Of a stretch of 64,000 nucleotides of DNA, positions 27,233 through 39,715 are shown piece after piece. Source of the stretch: Octopus sinensis (taxonomy: Eukaryota); contig NC_043016.1 in NCBI RefSeq assembly GCF_006345805.1, forward strand, positions 10,168,001-10,232,000, given 5' to 3'. Position 1 is the stretch's first letter; each line of letters opens with the position of its first letter. The translations under genes and the position numbers were made by a program. The notes under the pieces are model-generated. The model saw nothing but the letters and a program-made list of their open reading frames with translations. It was not told the origin of the DNA and searched no databases.

Positions 27233-27388
27233 TGCCCACGTAGTGGTTAAGAGCGCGGGCTACTAACCCCAAGATTCCGAGTTTGATTCCAGGCAGTGAC
27301 CTGAATAAGAATAATAATAACATCGGAAAATACCTTAGGAATGAGAACCCAGCTTTGAAATTTCCCTAAAACATCTGATGAAGGCTGT
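27233..27388 (+). mobile_element. tRNA-headed SINE ending in a truncated HHR start (CTGATGAAGGCTG)
   Basis: A-box-like cgtagtggttaag and B-box-like gagtttgattcc. CTGATGA at 27375-27381. Confidence 0.55.
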
Positions 27389-27517
27389 ATTTTATTTTGT
27401 ATTTTATTTTGTAATTTTATTTGTATTGTTTTTACGTCCTGTTTTTGTCACATTTTTTTCTTTCCTTATTTTTACCCCTCTGTGAAGTAATTTTATTTAA
27501 TTCTTTCGCAGGAAGGG

Positions 27518-27600
27518 CTAGTTCAACGAGTCGTGTTCTGTCCTCACCTTCGAAACACGCATTGAGTCGAACTAGGGACAGCTGATGAAGGGGATTTTTC
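27518..27600 (+). ncRNA. Hammerhead-like motif with permuted strand order
   Basis: CGTG-TT-CTGTCC, then CCTTC-GAAA-CACG, then GGACAG-CTGATGA-AGGGG. Confidence 0.35.
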
Positions 27601-27813
27601 CTTGTATATTTTGTTTTGTACTCTGTTTTTACGTTGTTAAAAAAAAGGTCCGTTTCCATGTTTGTTTTTACGTTTTCATTTCTCGTTGGGTTCTATGTCT
27701 GTTTGTGGTGTCCTGTACTCACGTATATATATTTATATATGCATGTATATATACATGTAGATGTAGGTATGTACATATATGTATGTATGTATGCATATAT
27801 TTTATTATTACAC

Positions 27814-27870
<57 letters not shown>

Positions 27871-27879
27871 GTATATATC

Positions 27880-28215
27880 AGTTGTGGCTGCATGATAAGA
27901 GGTTGCTTCCCAATCATATACCTCCAAGTTCAGTCCCACTGTGTGACACCTTGGGTGAAGTGTTGTCTAACCAGAGCCTTGTGAGTGGCTTTGGTAGATG
28001 GAAACTGAAAGAAACCCATTGTGTATATGTACTTCATCACCGTTTGGTAACTTGTGTTGGCATGTTTACATCCCTGTAACTTAGTGGTTTGGCGAAAGAG
28101 ACTGATAGAATAAGTACTAGGCTTAAGAAATAAGTCCTGGAATTCATTTGTTCGACTAAAACCCTTTGTGGCCGTGCTCCAGTACGGCCACAGTCAAATG
28201 ACCGAAACTAAGTAG
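27880..28215 (+). mobile_element. Family-A SINE, diverged
   Basis: Head, core and tail recognisable. Confidence 0.75.
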
Positions 28216-28889
28216 AATATATGTATAGTGGCTGTTGAGACATAAGGCAAGTTCAGGTGGCGGTAGAAGATTGTTTGTAGAAGCGACTTGCCTTAGATGC
28301 CATACATGTGGCACACCTGGTAGATCAATTAGTAACTACTGGTACGGAAAGACGATTAGAGACAAATTAGATTGCTTTAAATTTTCCTTTTCTCCTAGTG
28401 TTAATTGGCCTGTGTTGTGTAATGTAATTTAATGAAAGACCGTGATTAAACTCTGGACACAAATTATTACTAAGCGTGGTCCCCTTCTCTTTGTGCGTTT
28501 CTGCCATTCAAAGGCTCAACACTTAACATTAATCATTTGCTCATTATCGCCCCCATCATCTTCTATTTGCAGAGCTGCTGCTTTTTATTTTGGATTTCTT
28601 TCATGTCTTCGTATTCTATTAGTTATTCATTACTCAATAATACTTTTATCTTTAAATCTTAATATTAATCTCATTAAATCATTGCACACTATTGGCAAAG
28701 TTCTTTCTCTCTGTGGAACGCAATTTCTACTCGTGTGATCTCATTAATTATTACCATTTGGCCCTCTGGATTTAGCATTATTGTAAGTATACTGACCCAT
28801 TATTGACATCAACTTGAAATCTTCATTTGTCCTTAACATATGTTTACATTTTGTGTGTCTGGTCAAGATACAATGCAGAGTAATAAACT

Positions 28890-30165
28890 TATGAAACAGC
28901 TTCTACATGGATAACACAGTCATAAACTTATGACTTTCCTGAGTTAGCCATGAAACAGCTTCTACACAATGCACAGTCATAAACTTATGACTTCCCTGAG
29001 TTAGCCATGAAACAGCTTCTACACAATGCACAGTCATAAAATTATGACTTCCCTGAGTTAGCCATGAAACAGCTTCTACACAATGCACAGTCATAAAATT
29101 ATGACTTCCCTGAGTTAGCCATGAAACAGCTTCTACACAATGCACAGTCATAAAATTATGACTTCCCTGAGTTAGCCATGAAACAGCTTCTACACAATGC
29201 ACAGTCATAAAATTATGACTTCCCTGAGTTAGCCATGAAACAGCTTCTACACGATGCACAGTCATAAAATTATGACTTCCCTGAGTTAGCCATGAAACAG
29301 CTTCTACACAATGCACAGTCATAAACTTATGACTTCCCAGAGTTAGCCATGAAACAGCTTCTACACAATGCACAGTCATAAAATTATGACTTCCCTGAGT
29401 TAGCCATGAAACAGCTTCTACACAATGCACAGTCATAAACTTATGACTTCCCTGAGTTAGCCATGAAACAGCTTCTACACAATGCACAGTCATAAAATTA
29501 TGACTTCCCTGAGTTAGCCATGAAACAGCTTCTACACAATGCACAGTCATAAACTTATGACTTCCCAGAGTTAGCCATGAAACAGCTTCTACACAATGCA
29601 CAGTCATAAACTTATGACTTCCCTGAGTTAGCCATGAAACAGCTTCTACACAATGCACAGTCATAAACTTATGACTTCCCTGAGTTAGCCATGAAACAGC
29701 TTCTACACAATGCACAGTCAAAAACTTATGACTTCCCAGAGTTAGCCATGAAACAGCTTCTACACAATGCACAGTCATAAACTTATGACTTCCCTGAGTT
29801 AGCCATGAAACAGCTTCTACACAATGCACAGTCATAAACTTATGACTTCCCTGAGTTAGCCATGAAACAGCTTCTACACAATGCACAGTCATAAACTTAT
29901 GACTTCCCAGAGTTAGCCATGAAACAGCTTCTACACAATGCACAGTCATAAACTTATGACTTCCCTGAGTTAGCCATGAAACAGCTTCTACACAATGCAC
30001 AGTCATAAACTTATGACTTCCCTGAGTTAGCCATGAAACAGCTTCTACACAATGCACAGTCATAAACTTATGACTTCCCAGAGTTAGCCATGAAACAGCT
30101 TCTACACAATGCACAGTCATAAACTTATGACTTCCCTGAGTTAGCCATGAAACAACTTCCACAAG
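28890..30165. repeat. Minisatellite, 57-bp unit, about 22 copies
   Basis: Unit catgaaacagcttctacacaatgcacagtcataaacttatgacttccctgagttagc, with internal hairpin AGTCATAA-AC-TTATGACT. Confidence 0.97.
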
Positions 30166-30446
30166 AGGTGCGGGCAAGGCTGTGCAGTTATGAAGTTTAC
30201 TTCACAACCACATAGTTCCTGGTTCAATCTCACTGCATGGCACTTTGGGTGAGTGTCTTGCATTATAACCTCGGACCGACCATTGGCATGTGAGTGAATT
30301 CGATAGACAAAAAACTGTTAAAGGCCATCATATCTGATACACAAGCACTCAACTAAGACTATATTGTATCTTAGAACAGAAACACCTGCAAGGTAATGAA
30401 GGTCATTGGATAATTTCTTGTTTCCTTGTCATTTTATATGATCCCT

Positions 30447-30479
<33 letters not shown>

Positions 30480-30499
30480 TGTTGGCATCTTTTTGTCTT

Positions 30500-30900
30500 G
30501 GGAGACAATGGAGTTGCGCATAAGCTGATCCAGTCTGGTTTTTACATTTCATGTCCTCTCCAGTTTTGCACAGGGCTGGGCTAGATGTAAGAAAATCCTG
30601 GGTAGCCCAATTGTCAGGATTCCTCTCTAGACCTTGCTTTTGTAGCCCAAAGGAGTGCAGAGCATTATGTTTGGCAGCAGCTTGGTTACAGGAGCTGCCA
30701 GAAGAGTGTCAAGTCGAACACTAAACCACCTACGGGGCTTCACTTCGGATTTCTTTGAAGGTTGTCTCCTTTCCATAACCCTGGGTGGGGGCCCATACCA
30801 GCTACTGTCAGCCGGAGCCAGCTGAGCCCGAAACTTGTATCAGACAGGGTCATCACTCCCTGAAGTAGTGAAGAAAATCACTACCCACTACCTATACAAT
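30500..30900 (-). mobile_element. Probable LINE (RTE-like) 5' region fragment
   Basis: GC-richer non-coding island whose general resemblance to RTE 5' UTRs is recalled. No diagnostic peptide. Confidence 0.25.
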
Positions 30901-31199
30901 GCACAATCATAAACAACAACAACAGCAACATTATTCTTCAAATTTTGATACTCTAAAGGAAATTTTTAATGCATTAATGTGTGTATGTGTATATATCATC
31001 ATCATCATCATCGTTTAGCGTCCGCTTTCCATGCTAGCATGGGTTGGACGGTTCAGCTGGGGTCTGGGAAGCCAGAAGGCTGCACCAGGCCCAGTCTGAT
31101 CTGGAAATGTTTCTACAGCTGGATGCCCTTCCTAACTCCAACCACTCCGTGAGTGTAGTGGGTGCTTTTTACGTGCCAGACAAGGCTGGCAAACGGCCA

Positions 31200-31245
<46 letters not shown>

Positions 31246-31617
31246 GCACACGCACACACACATATACACACATATGCATGTATGCAGTGTGTGTGTAGTT
31301 TGGTGTGGTATGTTTGAAATGTGCAACTAAAACCTTAACATGTGATTTAAATGCACTGCTAACACAGTAGAACATGGTACTGACTTATAAAAACGCTTCA
31401 TATATACTTTGTAGCATAGGAAAGAATAGTTACTTCTCCATTAATCTGGTAAAACTTCCCATCTTGTTCAACCGGAATGGCTTTAGCCAGTTATTTTTCT
31501 GTAATGAATACATAACGAAAAACCGTGTGCCTACAAGTCATTAGTATCGGAGATGTAGTCCTGGGACTTGTCAGGTTAAAAAATCCAACCTCCATGCCTG
31601 CATGGAACATGGACATT

Positions 31618-32585
31618 AAATGATGATAATGATGATAATGGTAATGATGTTGATGATTGTTGATGATGATGATGGTGATGTTGATGGTTAATGATAATGA
31701 CAATAATGATGATGAGGATGATGGTGATGGTGATGATAATGATGATGATGGTGATGATGATGGTTGATGATGATTGATGATGATGATGATGGTGATGATG
31801 ATTGATGATTGAAGATGATGATGATAATGGTAATGATGATGATGATGGTAATGATGATGGTTGATGATTGATGATGACAATGATGATGATAGTGATGATT
31901 GACGATTGAAGATGATGATGACAATGATGATAATGATGATGATGGTGATATTGATGATTGATGATTGAAGATGATGACGACAATGATGATAATGATGGTA
32001 CTGATGATGATGATGGTAATGATGATGGTTGATGATGATTGATGACGACAATGATGATGATGGTGATGATGATGGTTGACAATTGAAGATGACAATGATG
32101 ATGGTGATGTTGATGATAATGATGATGATGGTGTGATGGTTGATGATAATTGATGATGATGACGACAAACGATGATGAGGATGATGGTAACGATGGTTGA
32201 TGATTGATGATGATGATTGATGACAATAATGATGATGATGACAATGATGATGATGGTGATGATGATGGTTGATGATTGATGATGATGGTGATGGTTGATG
32301 ATTGATGGTGACGATAATGATGATGGCAATGATAATGATGGTTGATGATTGATGATGATTAATGATGATGACGACAATAATGATGGGGATAATGATGATG
32401 ATGGTGACGATGGTGGATGATGGTGATGACGATGACAATGAGGATGATGGTGATGATAATGATGATTACAATGATGATGACGATTGATGATGATTGATGA
32501 TGACGGTGACGACGATGAAAGTGACAATGCTGATGAGGACAATGATGACAATGATGATGATAATGACAGTGATGATGATGATTAC
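31618..32585. repeat. Degenerate (GAT)n field with gattgatt punctuation
   Basis: Direct reading. Confidence 0.95.
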
Positions 32586-32872
32586 GACTCTCCAGTTAAG
32601 ATAGGATTGTTTTTACAAGAAATTTACATTTAGTAACTGAAATGACCCTTGCATATTCATTAAATCTGCAACCTACCCCACAAGTGTTACTCATGAGTGA
32701 GTATGAGTGTGAGAATGAACTTGAATGTGATTTGGTAATATGTACCATATTTCTACTAATTATTTTGGGTACGTATGTAGTTATGAACTGACACAGGTAC
32801 CCAACCAACCCTGTTGCTCTTGATTCAATAGAGCATCTAGGTCGTGATAGCTAAATAGATAAAGAGAGAGAG

Positions 32873-32903
<31 letters not shown>

Positions 32904-33710
32904 AAGAGAGAGAGAGAGAAGGCTGTGTCAATACTAATTTTCTAGCTGAGTAAACTGGAATCCCATCAAATGAAGTACTCTTCTTTTTTTGAAGCCTGGT
33001 ATTTATTATACTGATCTCTTTTGCTGAACCACTAGGTTATGGAGGTGACAGGAGGTGAACACATACACAAAACTAACACCCACACCCACACCCACACACC
33101 CACACCCACACACACACACCACACACACACACACACATAATGGGCTTCTTTAAATTTCTATCTACCAAATCTACTCACAAGGTGCCAAGCAGTAGGACTG
33201 AACTCAGAACCGTTCAGTTTGGAAGCAAAGTTCTTACCACACAGCTACACTTGCGTGTATATATATGTGATCATTGCCAGAGCAACAAACTGGCTTCTGT
33301 GCCGGTGGCACGTAAAAAGCACCATTTGAGCGTGATCGTTACCTGTGTCGCCTTACTGGCACTTGTTCTGGTGGCATGTGAAAAAAACATCTGAGTGAGG
33401 TTGTTACCAGTGCTGCTGGACTGGCTCCTGTGCAGATGGCACGTAAAAAGCACCATTTGAATGTGGTCGTTGCCAGTACCACCTAACTGGCCCTCATGCC
33501 GGTGGCAGGTAAAAGCACCCATTACACTCTTGGAATGGTTGGCATTAGGAAGGGCATCCAGCTGTAGAAACTCTGCCAGATCAGATTGGAGCCTGGTGCA
33601 GCCATCTGGTTCACCAGACCTCAGTCAAATCATCCAACCCATGCCAGCATGGAAATCGGACGTTAAACGATGATGATGATGATACTGTGTGTGTGTGTAT
33701 ATATATATAT

Positions 33711-34380
33711 AAATCTATATTCAGGGCAAGCAAGTATACAGGCCAAGCCACACGCTGAAAGGAGACACCAAATATCTTTAAACTACCTTAAAATATCACA
33801 ATAAACATGCACCAAACTTAATCAAATAAATGAAAAAGATTCATGTAAAAGTTGAATTACATATCAATGGATTTCAGGATTAAGAGGAAACCCCTTTTTC
33901 CGTCATCAGTGTAATACAACCCAATGTATATAAAAATGAACAATTATACATACCCCATAAACGCAATGGCTTCACGGCACAAAAATGACTGTTCATACTT
34001 ATATACAAATTACAATTGAAAAAAATTCAGATTGTTTATTTTCGACCGTGTGTGAATAACGAAATAATTCAGCAGTGAATATTTTTGGTTTAGGTGAAAT
34101 TATATATATTTTTGGTATATTTTAAAATTTAGGATAAAATCTATATATGATTTTATCTGGTAGTTAGCATGTAATGAACCGGTTAAGTTAAAATTAATAA
34201 ATTTATAAATCTATATTCAGGGCAAGCGAGTAAGTATGCAGGCCATGCCACATGCTGAAAGAAGATGCCAAATATCTCTAAATTACCTCAAGATATCACA
34301 ATAGACATGTGCCAAACTCAGGCAAATAAATGAAAAAGATTCATGGCAAAGGTTCAATTACATATTGATTTCAGGATTTG
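33711..34380 (-). mobile_element. Partial tandem (~500-bp unit, ~1.35 copies) with HHR; retrozyme/pLTR-like
   Basis: 33711-33885 is repeated at 34207-34380. Complete HHR at 33856-33915, and only its 3' half in copy 2. Confidence 0.7.
33856..33915 (-). ncRNA. Type I hammerhead ribozyme motif
   Basis: ATTACA-CTGATGA-C-GGA..AAGGGG ttt CCTCTT..TCC-T-GAAA-TCcattGA-TA-TGTAAT, with a perfect 6-bp stem I. Confidence 0.7.
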
Positions 34381-35179
34381 GGGAAAATGCATGGCACCTT
34401 GGGCAAGTATCTTTTCCTATAGCCTTGGGCTGATCAAAGCATTGTGAGTGGATTTGATAGATGGAAATTGATGGAAGACCATCATAATAATATATATCCT
34501 CTGATTTGAAGCAACAATTTTTAAATGCTTACAAAGCCTTTCTGGCTTGTTTACAGATATTATATATATCATCATCATCATCATCATCGTTTAACGTCTG
34601 CTTTCCATGCTAGCATGAGTTGGATGATTTGACTGAGGTCTGGCGAACCAGATGGCTGCACCAGGCTCCAATCTGATCTGGTAGAGTTTCTACAGCTGGA
34701 TGCCCTTCCTACTGCCAACCCCTCCGAGAGTGTAGTGGGTGCTTTTATGTGCCACCGGCACAAGGGCCAGTCATGCAATACTGGCAATGGCCATGCTCAA
34801 ATGGTGCTTTTTATGTGGCACCTGCATAGGAGCCAGTCCAGCAGCACTGACAATGACCTCACTCAAATGTTTTTTCAATGCCACCAGCACAAGTGCCAGT
34901 AAGGTGACGCAGGTATATAATATATATATATATGTGTGTCTGTGTGTGTTTATATGTATGTATAAAGTAAATAAAAGAGAATGGAGAAGAAAAAATATAA
35001 TAACTGCTTGGTTTATTTTATTTGTATCACACACACACACGTGTACCCTTAACGTAGTTCTCAGGGAGATTCAGCGTGGTGTAGTGTGTGTAAAAAGGCT
35101 GGCCCTTTGAAATACAGGTACAACAGAAACAGGAAGAAAGAGCGAGAGAAAGTTGTGGTGAAGGGGTACAGCAGGCTTA

Positions 35180-35409
35180 TATACATACATACATACATAC
35201 ATACATACATACATACACACATTCATGCGTATGTACATACATACATACATACACACATACATATATACATACATACATACATACACACATTCATATGTAC
35301 ATACATACATACATACATACATACATACGTACACACATTCATACATACGTACATACTTACATACATACATACATACATATATACATACATACATACATAC
35401 ATACATACA

Positions 35410-35443
<34 letters not shown>

Positions 35444-35770
35444 AATACGTACATACATACACACATTCATATGTACGTACATACATACATACATACATAC
35501 ACACACATACATACATACATACACACATTCATATGTACGTACATACATACACACACATACATACATACATACATACATACACACATACATACATACATAC
35601 ATACATACACACATTCATACGTACGTACATACATACATACACACACATACATACATACATACACACACATACATACATACATACATACATACACACATTC
35701 ATACGTACGTACATACATACATACATATATACATACATACATACACGCACACACACACACACACACACAC
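35180..35770. repeat. (TACA)n/(CA)n microsatellite field
   Basis: Direct reading. Similar fields at 40010-40490 and 50190-50670, and (TATC)n at 13400-13525. Confidence 0.95.
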
Positions 35771-35980
35771 CTCTCAGATGCTTACTACCTTATCTATTCC
35801 TTTAATCTGAATGCATCATTCAAAATACTGCCTGGATATACCTGGGATTATTCTTAAGGGATTATACCTTCATGGAACTCCATACAAGATGAACTGTGAA
35901 CTTTATTTTTCTTCTCTCTACCGTTTTATTCTTCTATATGCTACGAATTCTCTGTCTGGAACTTTCCTACATACACACCT

Positions 35981-36062
35981 TGTCTCTGATGACAGAATAC
36001 CCAGTGTTTGCGGGTGTTGACCCATCACTCACCTGGGATATCCCAGAAACAGCTGTCAGACA
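35981..36062 (+). ncRNA. Type I hammerhead ribozyme motif with canonical core and GUC site
   Basis: TGTCT-CTGATGA-[stem II: CCCAG/CTGGG, GGGT/ACCC]-GAAA-CAGCTG-TC-AGACA. 5-bp stem I and self-complementary ACAGCTGT. Confidence 0.8.
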
Positions 36063-36163
36063 TTAATTACATCTAATTCTCCATTTTTGATTCACCTTAC
36101 TCTGATTAGATTTTCTAAATGACCTGAGATACTCTTCCTGCCTTGGTCTTTTTTTCCTTTTTC

Positions 36164-36201
<38 letters not shown>

Positions 36202-36217
36202 CACCACACACACACAC

Positions 36218-36260
<43 letters not shown>

Positions 36261-36636
36261 TTGCATGTCCGTGTCCCCTTACCATTGCTTGGTGTGTTTA
36301 TGTCCCTGTTTCTTAATGGTTTGACAAGAGAGGCTGATAGCATAAATACTAGGCCTAACAAGAATAAGTCCTGGGATCAATTTCTTTGACTAAAACCTTT
36401 TTACGCAGTGCTCCAGCATGGCCACATTTCAAATGACTGAAACGAGTAAATGAATTAAAGAAGTCAACATTCTAATATCCTAAAGCTGACAAACCAACTA
36501 TTGTGTTTCTCCATTTTCTTATTTGTAATATAAATTAATGGTAAAATATTTCTTTACCTTCACCCATTTAATACAATAAGTGAGTTTATTGCATTGCAAT
36601 TAAAAACACTTGTGTCATTGATAATTGAGTATTATA

Positions 36637-37052
36637 CCTATTTTTTACTACCCACAAGGGGCTAAACACAGAGGGGACAAACAAGGACAGACATACGGAT
36701 CAAGTCGATTATAATGACCCCAGTGCACAACTGGTACTTAATTTATCGACCTCTGAAAGGATGAAAGGCAAAATCGACATTGGCGGAATTTGAACTCAGA
36801 ACATAACGGCAGACGAAATACCTATTTCTTTACTACCCGCAAGGGGCTAAACACATAGAGGACAAACAAGGACAGACAAACGGATCAAGTTGATTATATT
36901 GACCCCAGTGCGTAACTGGTACTTAATTTATCGACCCCGAAAGGATGAAAGGCAAAGTCGACCTCAGCGGAATTTGAACTCCCAACGTAACGCAGACGAA
37001 ATACCGCTAAGCATTTCGCCCGGCGTGCTAACATTTCTGCTAGCTTGCCACC
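36637..37052 (-). mobile_element. Family-D SINE partial dimer
   Basis: 3' part duplicated head-to-tail at junction gacgaaatacctatttc. Confidence 0.85.
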
Positions 37053-37329
37053 TTGGGTATTATACCGACAGTCCGACAGTATATTGGATAAGTATTATCC
37101 CTTAGTGGGTTGGATCCACAACCCTTAACTTACTTGGTATATATCTTTTTTATCTTTTACCTTTAACTTGTTTTCAGTCCTTGACTGCGGCATGCTGGAG
37201 CACCACCTTTAATCGAGCAACTCGACCCCGGGACTTATTCTTTTGTAAGCCCAGTACTTATTCTATCGTCTCTTTTGCTGAACCGCTAGTAACGGGGACA
37301 TAAACACACACACGCATTTGGTTGTCAAG

Positions 37330-37429
37330 NNNNNNNNNNNNNNNNNNNNNNNNNNNNNNNNNNNNNNNNNNNNNNNNNNNNNNNNNNNNNNNNNNNNNNN
37401 NNNNNNNNNNNNNNNNNNNNNNNNNNNNN
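37330..37429. other. Assembly gap (100 N)
   Basis: Run of N characters. Confidence 1.
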
Positions 37430-37650
37430 GTTATACAGTCAAACTTTTTACTCTGGTCCTAGGCAACTTACCTGGTATCCTAGGTAACAGAAGTGATCAT
37501 CTACTTGTAGTTTGTCTCCTGGAACGTGGTAGAGAAGTTGGTCTCTGCACATTTTCAGTGTTTATTGCTCCTGTGCATCTGCCACACACAAAACCTATCT
37601 CCCCAGTTAACCTTCCTTTGATATTACTGCACCTCTTAATTGTCCATAGC
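37430..37650 (-). mobile_element. RTE LINE reverse-transcriptase fragment
   Basis: WTIKRCSNIKGRLTGEIGFVCGRCTGAINTENVQ followed, after a frameshift, by a degenerate KL(E/Q)VxDxFxYLG motif. Confidence 0.7.
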
Positions 37651-37999
37651 ATATATATATATATATATATATATGATAAATGAAAGAGAAAAGATGGAAT
37701 ACATGAGAATTTTTATTATTGATCACAACAATTGTTTCAACACATCCAGTGTGTGTGGAGGTGTATGACTTTGTGGTTGGGTTTTGCACTCATGTTCCAA
37801 GATTATTGTTTTCATTCCTGGACCAAGCAATACATTGCGTTGTTGAGCAGGTCACTTCATTTCACATTGCTCCAGTCGACTCATCTGGCAAAAATGATCA
37901 ACTTCACAATGGACCCATGTTCCTTCCAACAGGGAATATATATATACATCAGAGAATCTGGGGAACCAGTCTTATGAGCCTGTGCCTCAGGGAGAACCT

Positions 38000-38392
38000 T
38001 TTACTTGTTTCAGTCATTAGACTGTGGCCATGAAGAATGTTAGTTGAATAAATTGACTCCAGTACAGTGTTTTCTTAAGCTGGTACTTATTCTATCAATC
38101 TCTTTTGCCAAACTGCTAAGTTACTGGGATGTAAACACACTGACAGTTGTGAGAGTGGGGTGATAACACAGACACAAAGATACACACACACGCACGCATG
38201 CACACACACACACACACCACACACACACACACACACACGACAGGTTTCTTTCTGATTCCATCTAACAAATCCACTCACAAGGCTTTGGTAGGCTCATGGC
38301 TATAGTAGAAGACTTGCTCAAGGTTCCATACGGTGGGACTGAACCCAGAACAATGTGGTTGGGAAGCAAGCTTCTTACCACACAGCCAGACC
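38000..38392 (-). mobile_element. Family-A SINE, older copy
   Basis: Colinear with the family. Confidence 0.8.
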
Positions 38393-38989
38393 TATATATA
38401 TATATATATTTAATTTTTCTGGAAGCAGCTGTTTATGAAGTTTTCCTATATTGTCATTTGAAAGCTTGAAATAGGGAGTAGTAAAACAGTCGACAACTGA
38501 GGAGGGGTTAGACTTCTTGTGGTATTTTGTCCTGTACTTGTCTCTCATTATGTGTTTACATATTTTTCACTCTTTGGTGATGTCCTGTTCTTATTCTATA
38601 TTTTCGGGTAATTTGTCCTGTGCTTATCGCTTATGTGTCTATTTATTTTTCATGTATTTCATATATATAATAGCCCAACTCTATCTCCACCCTCAGCCAA
38701 ACCCACACCCCACCCGTGCTTTCCCCACTCTCACCTCCCCCACCTCCCAACCACATCACACCACATTACACCATACAATATTACACATCACATCACAACA
38801 CACCACCCACACACCAGCACTGACCAATTCCCATCCCCACATTTTCACACACCTACACACACACACACGCACACGTCAAGATCACCAGCCCTCTTTCACA
38901 CGCACATATGTACTCTCTTACACACTCGCGCACCTTCGTTTTGGGATCACTACTACTTTGTTATCTCCCCTACTTCTTAGTTCTCCTGT

Positions 38990-39194
38990 GTGACCCTTCT
39001 GTCCAGCATTCACCATGGTAGATCGTTAGCCACTACATACATTTTTTTTCACTCCTTGTTTTCTGTGTCCCTTTCTGTAGAAGAGCGTAGGCTCGAAATG
39101 TTAAAGACTTTTTCAATTCCCGAACATTATACTAATTCATCTGTTTGTTTTCTAAACCATCTGTCTTCATCTTTTGTTTTCTTTGTAAATTCTT

Positions 39195-39200
<6 letters not shown>
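38990..39200 (+). mobile_element. Penelope-type pLTR relic with variant HHR-like motif
   Basis: CTTT-CTGTAGA-A-GAGC gtag GCTC-GAAATGT-T-AAAG at 39071-39106. Homologous to 4440-4682. Confidence 0.5.
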
Positions 39201-39236
<36 letters not shown>

Positions 39237-39266
39237 AATCTTAAATAAATGGATGCTTAAACATAC

Positions 39267-39471
39267 AGGCGCAGGAGTGGCCGTGTGGTAAGTAGCTTGT
39301 TTACCAACCACATGGTTCCAGGTTCATTCCCACTGTGTGGCACCTTGGGCAAGTATCTTCTACTATAGCCTCGGTCCGACCAAAGCCTTGTGAGTGGATT
39401 TGGTAGACAGAAACTGAAAGAAGCCCGTCGTATATATATATATATGTGTGTGCATATCTGTGTTGTCTCCC

Positions 39472-39508
<37 letters not shown>

Positions 39509-39715
39509 ATATGTTTGTGTGTCTGTGTTTGTCCCTCTAGCATTGCTTGACAACCGATGCTGGTGTGTTTATGTCCCTGTTACTTAGCGGTTCGGCAAAA
39601 GAGACCGATAGAATAAGTACTGGGCTTACAAAGAATAAGTCCCGGAGTCGAGTTGCTCGATTAAAGGCGGTGCTCCAGCATGGCCGCAGTCAAATGACTG
39701 AAACGAGTAAAAGAA
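39267..39715 (+). mobile_element. Family-A SINE, full length
   Basis: Starts aggcgcaggagtggccgtgtgg. Confidence 0.9.

Noticed and set aside
28903-30177. 424-aa ORF, and CRISPR-like appearance of the array
   Set aside because: It is a pure tandem repeat with no unique spacers, no cas genes and a eukaryotic context. The ORF is a by-product of the 57-bp period.
37465-37650. Minus-strand CAG|GTAAG donor with Cys-rich peptide
   Set aside because: The peptide is RTE reverse-transcriptase sequence with a frameshift, so the donor is incidental.
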